Below, in pieces: positions 10,020-20,599 of a stretch of 21,111 nt of DNA. A model generated the notes under the pieces. That model saw only the letters and a program-made list of their open reading frames with translations, did not search any database and was not told where the DNA came from. The stretch lies in NCBI RefSeq assembly GCF_006345805.1, contig NW_021836894.1, forward strand, positions 1 to 21,111, read 5' to 3'. The stretch's first letter is position 1. Each line of letters opens with the position of its first letter. Source of the DNA: Octopus sinensis (Eukaryota). A program made the translations under genes and the position numbers.

Positions 10020-10085
10020 GGAGTGATAAATCCGATTTATCACTCCGGACACTTAGAACTGGCCCGGACGCTATAACTTACGACA
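10020..10085 (-). mobile_element. Putative 5' terminus of the Ginger-like element
   Basis: Minus strand reads TGTCGTAAGTTATAGCGTCCGGGCCAGTTCTAAGTGTCCGG: TGTC start plus internal direct repeats, ~100 bp upstream of the ATG; partner TIR not found. Confidence 0.55.
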
Positions 10086-10505
10086 ATAACTAATTTGTGA
10101 CTCCCGTTTTCAACACGATAATAAAGGCAGTCATTTAATAGTATAAAAGATTTTGACTTGGTCAAAAGCCTTCTTTCCTAATATCTATTTCTTGTCTTTA
10201 CATCGATCCCTTGGAGAATTGACTTGATTTGATCATATTCATTGTTATTTCTTATATAACTTCTTTTGTTTTGGAAAACCAAACGTGAACAATCCATAGT
10301 ATATAGCAGCGGTTCTCAACCTTTTTTAGACTGGGGACCACTTTTGAACTATAAAATTTTGTGGGGACCACCTTAAATAAAATAAACATTTTTTGGTATT
10401 AGCGCACAATTTTTGACCTCGTCAGGGCCAGGTTTAGACATGTTCGAATATTTATTATAAAAATAACATGAACATTATGAAAATAACAGAAAATTTAATA
10501 GTAAT

Positions 10506-12070
10506 TTAGTGAGATTTCTGATCTTGTTTGTTCAGAATAATTTTACTTATATCAGGCTCTATGTTCGACAAAGCTACTCGCATATCATCTTGTACCCGTA
10601 GTCTATTTCTATATTTTGTTTTTAGAAAAGTCAGACACGACATCGCCATTTCACAGTGATAAGTAGTGGGGAATGCAAGTATTGATTCCAATGCAGTTTT
10701 ACTCAAAATGGGGAATTCTTTCGCCATCTGACACCTAACAATAAAAAGTAATTATTAATGAGAATACCAAAAATCTAATAATGAAGTACATTTGAAAATA
10801 ATCTGAGCAGACTGATTACATTGAAGTTCAATCAAGCTCTGCTGAAAATTGAGTTCCTGATATTCTTTAAATGAGGTCAAGAAAGGTTGAACGATCCAGT
10901 TTGGAATTGGGTCTTCAACAGGAAAATAATCATCAAATTTTGTCTTGAGATTTTCCAGATGTTTGATTATCAGACTTAGAAGAACATTATCCGGTGGGTT
11001 GTGTCCGAGATGATATTCAAGCATTGGGAACATTGATGTTATTCCTTTTTTTATTTTCATTATCCACAATAATAACTTTTTTTAAAAGCCATTATTATTT
11101 GAGTTTGGAAAATTCGATAATTAAGTGGTCGAGATCGAATATAGTTTATCACTTTTACAATAGTGTTTAGTGTTTCTCTTAACGACGAACACATAGTTTT
11201 TGAACAAAGTGCATATTTGTGCAATGCACAATGTCTTGTAATAATATCAGGAACCAAATCCTTAATACGAGTAACAAGTCCAGATTGATGACCAATCATC
11301 GCAGGTGCACCATCAGTACATATAGATCCAACTTTATCTCATTGGATTTTATTCGTCTTCATAAAATTGTCAAAAATATTAAAGATGTCCTCTCCACGAG
11401 TGTGTCCATCCATCTCCAAACAAAATAAAAACTCATCAATAATATTCTCATCATCAACAAAGCGAACATAGGACACAAGCTGACAGACGTTAGAAATGTC
11501 AGTTGACTCGTCCAATTGAATACTTATTCTGCATTTACTTTTATTGATTCTTTCAATTAATTGCTCCAGGATATCAGATGACAATTCTGAAATTCTACGG
11601 GAAATTGAATCGTTGGATAATGGTATGTCCTTAAGTTTGGTAACTGCATCCGGACCAAACAAAATTCGAGCCATTTCAAGAGCCACTGGTTTGATTAACT
11701 TTTCACCAGAATTATGTGCAGCTTTGTTTTTTGCGATAATCATTGAGACCTATTTGTTTTAGATATAAATTAAAATTACAGCATATGATGCTTCTAATCT
11801 CGGTTATTCTTGAGATTTATTAAACCACTCAAGCTTTGGCTGTGAATCAAACTTCGTTCTTTTGACTTTAAAATATTCATGTGAGGAAGAATTTTCTGGG
11901 TGTACAGACTCTTTGTGGCGCCTAAGTTGAGAAGGTTTCAGTGAATTGTTTCCCAAAATTTTATGGCAAATCATGCATTTTGCCTTTAATTCATTATTTG
12001 GGGCAATGAATTTAGTGAATCCAAATTGTACGTAGGAATCCGACCAAAGACGACGATTCTTGTTAACCAT
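10506..12070 (-). pseudogene. BED-finger hAT transposase (ZBED8/Buster-like), introns 11750-11779 and 10735-10767
   Basis: CMIC..LKPSQLRRH BED finger; LEASYA^VSMIIAK; IQLDESTD; ICTDGAPAM; HCALH; F(W)^CQMAKEFP; TTYHCEMAMS; in-frame stops at 11804 and 11339; the RWLS region is deleted near 11095. Confidence 0.92.
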
Positions 12071-12377
12071 AACTAGAATGATAAACCACGCTAATCAAAT
12101 CAGATTAATTTCAATGTTTTTGATTTATACTTAATTGTACAATTAGTTTTAAATTTAATACAGTGAAACCTCTCGAATCCGCTGCTTCTCGAATCCGCCG
12201 CTTCTCGAATCCGCTTGTTTTAATCAAAAATTTGAAATTTCCTATGAATGATTCTTGAATCCGCTTGTTTCTCGAATCCGCTCCTCAAGTATTATGAAAA
12301 ATAATTTTTTATCTAATTGTAAGTTAAATTAATTAACATTTTAAAATTTTCATTACACGTTAAATTGTATTTTTGTG

Positions 12378-13230
12378 ATGCTTCGCTGTGTTAGACTTTC
12401 TGTCAACGAAAAAATTTCTATACTACGTTATATTTCTGACAACCCATTCGTTTCTGCACCTCAAATTTCCAGGATTGTTTCTTCACGGTTAAAAAAGAAA
12501 ATTTCTCCGAGAACTATAAACGACCTTAAATCAAAATCGGACCTTTTGAATAGGACTGACATCAAAAAATTAAACCTAACGAGAATTCCAAAACTCAAAT
12601 TTAATGAAATTGATGTAGCGATGATAACATGGATTAACTTAATGGAATCTAGTGGAGCAATTCTATCAGATTCGATGTTAATTGCAAAAGCTCTTAAGTT
12701 TGGAAAAAATTTTCCAGAATTTAAAGCAAGTCGTGGGTGGCTAGAAAAGTTTAAATTACGAAATGGTATCAAGTTAAGAAAATTACACGGAAACAGTGGA
12801 TCAGTAAATCATGATGAAAAATCTATTACTGATTTTAATGAAACAATGAGTTTAAAAATTGAACAATATGGATTGGACAATGTTTATAATGCAGATGAAA
12901 CTGGTGTTTTTTACAAGGCGATTCCTTCCAAAAGTGTGTGTACCAAATCACGGCCTGGAATAAAGTTGTCGAAGGATCGATTTTCGTTACTATTATGCGC
13001 AAATTGTTCTGGTTCCGATAAAAGAAGGCCTGTGATGATAGGAAGATTCAAAAGTCCAAGGTGTTTTAAAAATTTCAACATTGGAAAATATGTTACCTAC
13101 ACCCATTCCAATAAGGCATGGATGAACCGTGAAATTTTTAACAAGTGACTCAGTGATTTTGATTGTGAACTTGCAAAGAAAAAAAGAAAAATTCTACTTG
13201 TAATAGATCAATGTCCATCTCATCAAATTA
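12378..13230 (+). pseudogene. pogo/Tigger (CENP-B-like) transposase
   Basis: N-terminal HTH; FKASRGWLEKFKLRNGI; VYNADETGVFY; KAWMNREIFNK*LSDFD..KILLVIDQCPSH; TGA at 13146; downstream deletion. Confidence 0.92.
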
Positions 13231-13417
13231 TTTAATAATTATACTTAGGAAACACTTATTGAAGAGGAATCAAATGAGAAAAAAGTTGATCTCTCAGAAG
13301 CCTTCAGAGCTCTAGAGATTATTAAAACTTATGCTTCTCAGGTAAATGCAGATATAGATGATCATGAAAATATTATGCGAATTGGGGAAATGTTAAGAAA
13401 ATCAATTAAAAAATAAA

Positions 13418-13748
13418 ATTGGTCCAATTTAACGCATTTAGTGGTCCAATTTAACGCATTCAAGCTTAGAATCTTTCCTTTTGTTATTACATCAAGCATT
13501 CGTAATTTTATCGAGGGTTAAAATTCTAAAAAAAGTAAAAAATGTCACACTCACCAGAATAAACGGTTTTTTATTGCGCTTGTGTAATTAAAATTTTCAA
13601 TTTAGACATATAACACAATACAAAAAAATATAACAAAATTGATTTAGGGTTAATTTAATGATCCCTTTCGATATCGACAAAGAAAAATCACGGTTATCTT
13701 TGCAAAATATGCCGTATTTAAAAAAACGGTTTTTTTTTGCACCTAGTG
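13418..13748. mobile_element. Fragment inserted in the pogo 3' region, ending in a CAC-type terminus (possible CMC/Transib group)
   Basis: Absent from the sister pogo end at 2190-2398; minus strand begins CACTAGGTGCAAAAAAAAACCG exactly at the junction; tandem duplication TGGTCCAATTTAACGCATT at the other end. Confidence 0.45.
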
Positions 13749-13832
13749 TATAAAATATTATTTAAATTGCCTCTCGAATCCGCCGCCCACCAAAAAATTT
13801 TCTGGGGACCACGGTTGAGAACCCCTGACCTA

Positions 13833-14060
13833 AATGATGAAATTTCAAATAATTTAACCATTAAAAGAAACTACATCCCGAAATATTCCTTTGAATCCAT
13901 TTAAATATATAAATAAAGGTAAACCAAATAAAGACAACATCGCTACATAATGGATCAACAGCGTGGTCACACGTGCCTTAATTCATTAGTTTTGCCATTG
14001 AAATAAATAATTAAACAATATTTAATTAAAAATGAACTATATTTTAATTAAAACACAATT
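13833..14060 (+). repeat. AT-rich dispersed repeat, copy 3 (5' part cut off by the hAT end)
   Basis: AATGATGAAATTTCAAATAATTTAA..AAAAGAAA..ACATC matches 2585-2630; CACACGTGCCTTAATT. Confidence 0.75.
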
Positions 14061-15169
14061 TTAAATATGATTAACTTAATATGTTACTCATGCTTATTTC
14101 ATAAAAAAAATTAAATTTTAAATATCATTAGTTCTCATGCATTACATAAAAAAAGTCTCGAATAAGTTTCTGATCCAGAGGAAAAAATTCAAATAAAAAG
14201 ACTATATTTCGCCACTTAATCCTACCAAAAATATTTAAATCCAAATAAAAATGTAATTGATATTTATTCCAGCTATCTCTTTTTGGCTTTTTATCCGCCA
14301 ATTTCTGCCAGGCTCATGGCTGGAATACAGCGTCTGTGTACTCTACAGGTTTCACTGATGTCTCTTGGTGGCTACTTTCTCACTCAGTCGCTCATTAATT
14401 TCCTCAATATCTATTAAAATAATCGTTACGTGATTCACCGCCGTAGTTGAAAGGTTGCCTTTACTGGAAACTCGATCTTGACGAATGACGCCACCATGAT
14501 TCTAAGTACCAGATGAATCTCGGATGGAACGTGTTAAAATCCTAGTCTAAGAAACAGCCGAACGCCAATGAATAAAAATAAAAGAATTTAAAAAGAATGA
14601 GCACCTTCATTCATTCCGGATTAATTAGATTTACTAGCATACTCGTTCTCTCTCTTGTTCTTGCAAAACTGTGTGGCTGGCACATGCAAAATCTTAGGCA
14701 CATACGTACAAACACTTGTTCACCTCCGGAGCAAACCTCAGGAATAGAATATGCAAGAAAGATTTAATCGTTGAAAAAGTTGGCCTCGAAATTAATCTGA
14801 AAAATATGAGATCATAATTTGAATCCTAGTCAAGCTGATTTGGGGTTTATCATAAATGAGTATGGACACACCATCATGACGTTAAAATAACTTGAAAGGA
14901 AGATCTATAAATGTGTGATCACCAATATTGAAATTCTGTAGGAAAAAATCTTCTTGTTTTACTGGACGCACATGACGAACTGTTCCTCCTAAAAAGTATA
15001 TATTTCTGACTAGGCTTATGTATTTTATACGCTCTGCTTCATGTGTCCAATGAAAATTTAAATTATTTAAACTCAGAATGATAACTCGAGTTTGTTCGAA
15101 ATATTTGCAACAATAATTAGTTTATTGTAATATTTTTCTTCTGAAACTAAAAAAAACGGTGTTTGAAAG

Positions 15170-15290
15170 ATGAAAAAAGAGTGTTTCAAAAAATGAGAAA
15201 TTCTTTATTTTTGACAACGATCGATGCAAAAATACATTGTTTGATATGCAACCAGTTAATCGCTATACCAAAGAAACATTAACGTATAGA
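15170..15290 (+). pseudogene. N-terminal zinc-finger fragment of a GTF2IRD2/SPIN-like hAT transposase
   Basis: EKRVFQK...AKIHCLICNQLIAIPKKH. Confidence 0.55.
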
Positions 15291-15914
15291 ACATCTTTTG
15301 GACATGATGAAATCGGATTTATCAAAAAGAGCAGCCAAATACATTAATTAATTGGAGATACGGTTATTGGAATTTGGGGCATCTACAGTGGCCGACAACA
15401 AAATTTAAAAGATTTAAAATAAAATTATTTGCAATAAGGAAATCAATACGAAAAAATACCTAGAAAATCGAGTTACGTCCATGAAAAAGAAGTTTTAACT
15501 TTATGAGGCACGCGGGGAATGTAAATTTATTAAATGTCACCGTCCGCTGAACGGACCACGCCTTTAAATGAAACAATATCAAAATGTCATTTTCATTAAT
15601 TCTATCCATATAAAATATGAAAAACTTATGGAATTAACCGGCAAGTATTTTCGGATTTGACTCGACCATTTCTTGCATATAATCTCGTACGGTATTTGAA
15701 TTTTTTGAATATCGAAAACCACCTCTTAAATCATCCTTAAAGCCTTCTTTTATCCACCTGTATGCAGTTGTTCTTTTATTCCGAGAGAACATGCAACTTG
15801 ATTCCAATCCCCATCATTTTCGTAAACGGTCAACAAATTTTTTCTTTTTTCAGCTAATTCTTTCTTTTTATTAACGTTCATTAATAAATGAATTCAATAA
15901 CCGACTTGAATCCT

Positions 15915-16047
15915 TTGAACTTGAAAATCCATATTGAATTTGGAAAATCCCACTTTGAACTTGGAAATCTCATATTAAATTTGGAAAATCCCACTTTGAA
16001 ATAGGAAATCCCATATTGAATTTGAAATTCCCATATTGAACTTGAAA
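15915..16047 (+). repeat. Minisatellite, ~20-21-bp unit TTGAAYTTGGAAATCCCAYW, 6-7 copies
   Basis: Directly visible tandem units. Confidence 0.88.
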
Positions 16048-16191
16048 AGGTATAGATGTTGACATGGCACGTTATTTGTTGAGAGTTTATTTATTTTGTC
16101 TAAATAGAATAAATTCACTTTTACTTAAAATTTACTTTAATAATAAAAAAAATTTTCGAAGACAAGTAATCATGAACCTCAATATCTAAAC

Positions 16192-17298
16192 CAAGGGTTC
16201 TCAACCTTTTTAGCTCAAGGGCCAAATCGATAATTAAGATTAGCTTTGCGGGCCGCACAAATAATATTTTATATATTTTTATATTTTCCATTTTACTTTT
16301 TTTTTCGCGAAAGTAGATTTTAATTGACAACGAAAATCGTTAAGTCCCAGCGGCGAGGACGCAGTGTGCGTTGCCCCGAACAATAACCAGGCCGATGCGC
16401 TGGCGGAACCAGAGGCCCTCTCTCGTGTCCTTGAGCCTCCTCCCAATGGACTGCCCGACCTCGTTGAGGAACGAGTCAGTATCCTTTCCCGCAGCTCCAG
16501 CGGTCTCCAGGGCGATTGCCGTGACGCGGTAGCGGTCCGCGAGATTTTGAAAAGGTATCCACAACGGTAACATCCCATACGAGGGCCTTCCCGACAAGTA
16601 CGGGATATTGTCATCCCGTCAGGCCTTTTGCCATGCCCGTCGAGTCCGACCGGGTTCGAGGAGGCCCGAATGGCCCACCGATCGAGAACGCCTTAACGAT
16701 TTCATTAAGGGCCTTGTGTCTGTGGTACCTGCCTGCGCTCTCTTGCAGGAAGTGGGTGCAGTCCCTTTTCGTCAACGTCCTCACCGCATCTGCAGCGGTG
16801 TTTTGCACAACATCCAGGCCGAGACGGTGAGCCACTCCGATGCGTATGGGAGATCGTCCTTTCTCTAATTCCATTTTTACTAAATATGATTCGCATAAAT
16901 ATTAGATTCATATAATGCATTGTGTGTTATATTTCTGAATTGTATTGAGTAATTAATTCGTAAAAAATTAATAATGGACGCATTTTGAACAATGCCGCCA
17001 GTTCTATATCATGTGTAAATTAATGAGTTCTAGTTGAAACTTTGCAGCGCATCCTTAATTTCACGCTGAATGGAGTTGCGAATATTTTCATTAAAGGAAG
17101 GACTAATCTAAATCTAAAAATTAAAATTTTATATAAATGTACCCAAAACGTGCTTCAAATTGATTAAGGAAATCACCATTATGGATATGTTTAACCTTAA
17201 GAATGAATAGTTAAATTTAAAACATTATAAAAATTAAAAAAGTTAGTTACTCTAGAGTCCGCCAAAAAAATCCCAGGGGCCGCATTTGAGAACCGCTG
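16192..17298. mobile_element. Non-autonomous hAT element containing a CRE-like fragment
   Basis: CAAGGGTTCTCAACC ... TTGAGAACCGCTG; subterminal GGGCCGCA near both ends; flanks ATCTAAAC and ATC-AAAC (TSD with a 1-bp indel). Confidence 0.85.
16340..16860 (-). mobile_element. CRE-like non-LTR 3' fragment (CCHC finger plus restriction-like endonuclease), multiply frameshifted
   Basis: HRCRCG..KGLHPL; SAGRYHRHKALNEIVK; KRPDGMT; WDVTVVDT; AIALET; WFRQRIGLVIVRGN. Confidence 0.88.
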
Positions 17299-17389
17299 AT
17301 CAAACCCAGAATCAATGGGAATGTCCGGCTTGAGCTAAAATTAATATTTTGATAGTAAAAAATCATCTCTTTTTATAAAACGTTTTTGG

Positions 17390-17650
17390 AAATTTTGAAT
17401 ATTTTCAATCGCATTAGCAATTCAAAAGTAAAAAGAGAAACTTTTCAACTTTCTGTATTTATTTGAGGGATAATTGAAGCATTCTAATTTGTTAACAGTT
17501 GTCAAAATTATTCCAATGACAGGTACAGTGTCTGGAATTGACGTTTTAAAGCATTTAATGAAAACTTTTAATAAAATTCAATATCATACTTTAAAAATTT
17601 GTTGAAATTACGACAGAAGCACTTCCATGCTCAAGAAAAAAAATTTTCTC
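17390..17650 (+). pseudogene. GTF2IRD2/SPIN-like hAT transposase core fragment
   Basis: Manual translation: QLSVFI*GI; IIPMTGTVSGIDV; KFVEITT. Confidence 0.55.
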
Positions 17651-17689
17651 CTTCAAATTGAAATTCTTTGAAAATGGTTGTCAATATTC

Positions 17690-18020
17690 GTTCCACCTGT
17701 TTGGACACGTTCTCGCTAGGAAATCTCGCACTATCCGCCGCCAATCCTGGGCACGCTTCGAGGCAGGCCGAGGACCGAAAGATTCTCAAGTACGGCCACC
17801 TCTCCAACTCGCTGTTCTTTACTCCTATTGCCGTGGAGTCCTTCCGGGATCTTCGGCCCCAAGACACTCCGCTTCCTTCGCTCGCTCGGTCGACGGATTT
17901 CAAGGACAAGCCACAATCCAAGAGAGTATTCTTGGCTCCTGGAACGTCTGTCGATTGCTGTGATCCGAGGGAACGGCTTCGCCATTCACAAAACTGGCCG
18001 GGGTCTCGTGAGGTCATTAA
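17690..18020 (+). mobile_element. CRE-like non-LTR 3' fragment
   Basis: TCLDTFS..AEDRKILKY..FTPIAVES; GIFGPKTLRFL..WLLERLSIAVIRGN. Confidence 0.85.
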
Positions 18021-18058
18021 TTAGCTTAGCTATCTTTTTACTTTTATAAATCACATTA

Positions 18059-18631
18059 CAGTCAAATTCCGCCCAACAACAACACCCCGCTTAAATTGTT
18101 TTTTCTTCCGAAAACACAACATCTTTGATTCAACCTCTAGACATGGGTATAATAAAATGTTTTAAAGTATATTACACAAACTTCCTAATGGAATTTATGT
18201 TCGATTTGAAAGAAGATACAACAATTATCCTAATCTGTGAAAAATATAGAATCGCGAATTTTATAATGGAATTGGGATAGAGGACAACAACGATATTAGA
18301 AACGTATGAAATGATAGATAAGTTGGAAAATGTAGCGCAAAATACATATTTATGAGTTTAGATTTCAACTTGGAAAAGATTTAAGAAATAAGAAAAATTT
18401 GAAATTGACTGATTATCAAAAAAATGTTTTAAAAATATGATTGATTTTTTAAGCACAAATTATGTATATCGGCATATAAACACTTTGAAAGATGTGAAAG
18501 AGTTCTTTGTTCGCAAGTAAACCAAAATTTAAATTTAATGAACTATAATTCAATAGTTTGAACCAAACCCCTGTTGGAAGGGTACCCCCGCTTTCTGGGA
18601 CACTTTGGTGCCCCACCCCGGGGTAAGACTG
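18059..18631. mobile_element. Possible degenerate pogo-like remnant
   Basis: TA-CAGTC ... GACTG-TA ends with GC-rich subtermini and a KNLKLTDY-like tail; TIR match is only 5 bp. Confidence 0.3.
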
Positions 18632-18669
18632 TATTAATAAAAAAAATATTCGCGTCCTATCATTAAAAT

Positions 18670-19030
18670 CGTTTTAATTAAAATAACGTTTTTTTATTAA
18701 TAATTGTTTAATTAATCTTAATTATAAATAAAAAATATAATAAATTAAGCCACGTTAAGCACTTGTGGGTTTACCATGTCGTGCGTTTTTCACTATTTAG
18801 TCGTTTTTTATATTTATATTTAATTTGGATTTAAAGGGAATAATTCATGATGTAATTTCTTTTAATGATTAAGTTATCTGAAATTCCATCCTTTTTGTGA
18901 TATTGTCCTATTTTATTTCCTTGATCTGTTTTATTTTACATACCTTGAAATTTCTGAATTACTATTATTTTCTTTGAAATTTTTATCTTATTTATCCCTA
19001 TTTTTGTTATATTGCATTTTTATTAATTTT
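18670..19030 (-). repeat. AT-rich dispersed repeat, copy 4
   Basis: AAATTAAGCCACGT; GGAATAAT; TTATCTGAAATT colinear with the other copies. Confidence 0.7.
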
Positions 19031-19306
19031 TCAATTGTATTTATTGTTTCATGAATCAAATAGTCTATATGTGATGTCAATTTATCATTTTGCCTGTCAC
19101 AGTAATTGTCAAAATTATTTGAATTTGTTTCTAATCAATAATTGTTTCGATAATACAAAATTTATTAAAATTAAGCGTCTAGGTTTTTCTACTCGATTCA
19201 TATTAATTTTTTTGTTGACAATTTTTAAACGAAAAAAAATCTAGCTATTAAGTACTGGCTTTTTTTTCAACGAGTACAAAATGTCACTGAAAAGTATTAT
19301 AAATCG

Positions 19307-19815
19307 TCACGCTCCGGCAGCCAGTATCGCGTGCGTGTTGCCACGAAGAACTGCAATTCCGATACGTTGGCGAAGCCAATACCCCTCGCGACTGTCCCTC
19401 CTTCGTTTAGCCAGCATCGCCCCAATTTCCTTGAGAAATTCCGCGGTTTTGGATCCCACTACACCAGACGTCTCTATCGAGATTGGGACAAAACGGAAAA
19501 GTTTTCCGATCTCCAAATACTTAGATATCTTCGCCTTTTCTGCTGCATTAGCAGCCCAACCGGACGAATGAATATTCCGAAGAATCGTGGACTGGGAGAA
19601 CGTGTCTACGCACGTCGCATTCCATGCGAGTGATTTTCCCTGGGAGTACGGGAAAAGAGTTATCCCATCGGGCCTTCTGCCATCTTCCCGGTCAAGCCCG
19701 ACGGGTTCCAGGTGTGCTGGAAATCCTGCGCTCTCGAGGGCCCGTCGTATTATGTCGTTGAGTGCGGCATGGCGGGGAGCGCGACCTGCACTCCTCTTGC
19801 AAGACAAAGGGTGTA
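19307..19815 (-). mobile_element. CRE-like non-LTR 3' fragment, open frame, restriction-like endonuclease domain
   Basis: LHPLSC..GRAPRHAALNDIIRRAL..LEPVGL..DGRRPDGITL..WNATCVDT..PISIETSG..WLRQRIGIAVLRGN. Confidence 0.92.
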
Positions 19816-20070
19816 GTACTGGCTTGCAGGATTGAAAGACAATTCCCACGTAAAGCAGCCAGCGAGATCTTTTGAATAAGGAATATAAATTCCCTGAGAT
19901 CTCTGGAGCGATGGATGCACAGACAGCCAAGTTTCTTAAGATGAGCAAGCGTCTTGGCCCCAAAAACACAGGGAATCTCGACGGCAATTGCCCAAAAGCA
20001 AAATCGATCGCGAAAATCTTTGTATTTTGTTAGTTTCGCGAATTCGGCTTTCCCGGCCGATTTTTTGGCT
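19816..20070 (-). mobile_element. Second, diverged CRE-like 3' fragment in head-to-tail tandem
   Basis: Frame not shown in the ORF track: AEFAKLTKY..AIAVEIPCVFGAKTL..FLIQKISLAALRGNCLSILQAS. Confidence 0.82.
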
Positions 20071-20268
20071 AGCCACCAATTTCATCTCGTCAACTTTGTC
20101 CGTCGAAATCACTAATTTGTGATTTCCGCACGGCTGTTTGAGGTATATTCTTCCATTGATTAAAATAAACTTTTCAGCTTTCTTTTTAAGGCAGTAAACT
20201 TTTTGTCTCGATTGATTTTCGATATTTTGTCCATTTAAAACTTTTTCTAGCAATCGATACTCATCCAT
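20071..20268 (-). pseudogene. N-terminal fragment of a Ginger-like integrase, cut by the CRE insertion
   Basis: KVYCLKKKAEKFILINGRIYLK..NHKLVI parallels KKRTIRRKCKTLHFADDQLF..THKIVI in the 8842 ORF. Confidence 0.55.
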
Positions 20269-20599
20269 ATCTCTTACAAAAGAACCGACATAAGTAACAC
20301 AGAAGAAACACGCCTTTATATACATTCTGTTCAAAAAAAACGTGACCACTTGAAAATGTGTGTTTTTCCAATTTTTATTGATTGGAGGTTATTGTTTGCA
20401 TTTTTGGAGGTATTGATGGCTTCATGCTTGGTTTGAACTTTCTCACTAATGGATTCAAGCTTTTCAGGACTCCCATTCGCTTCCGAACAATATTGGGAGA
20501 CTTTGATTTTCTTTCTGATTCCGCAGTGTTTTCAGTTTTTACCAAAAATAACTCGATTACCAAACATATATTTTTGTGACAATAGTCCATGCATTAAAG

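Larger units (their letters stand above)
12161..13790 (+). mobile_element. pogo/Tigger DNA transposon (right TIR lost)
   Basis: TA + CAGTGAAACCTCTCGAATCCG; five subterminal TCTCGAATCCGC-type repeats in 12171-12282 and one at 13772; 3' region matches 2190-2398. Confidence 0.88.
10307..13827 (-). mobile_element. hAT (Buster-like) transposon with a nested pogo element
   Basis: TIRs CAGCGGTTCTCAACC (10307) and GGTTGAGAACCCCTG (ends 13827); shared subterminal GGGGACCAC; the 8-bp flanks both fit NNNTANNN but differ from each other. Confidence 0.8.

Noticed and set aside
12171-12282. CRISPR-like short repeats
   Set aside because: 12-bp units with irregular short spacers are pogo subterminal repeats; eukaryotic context and no cas genes
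16279-19835. Many short overlapping or antisense ORFs in the GC-rich islands
   Set aside because: Shadow frames of CRE-like fragments
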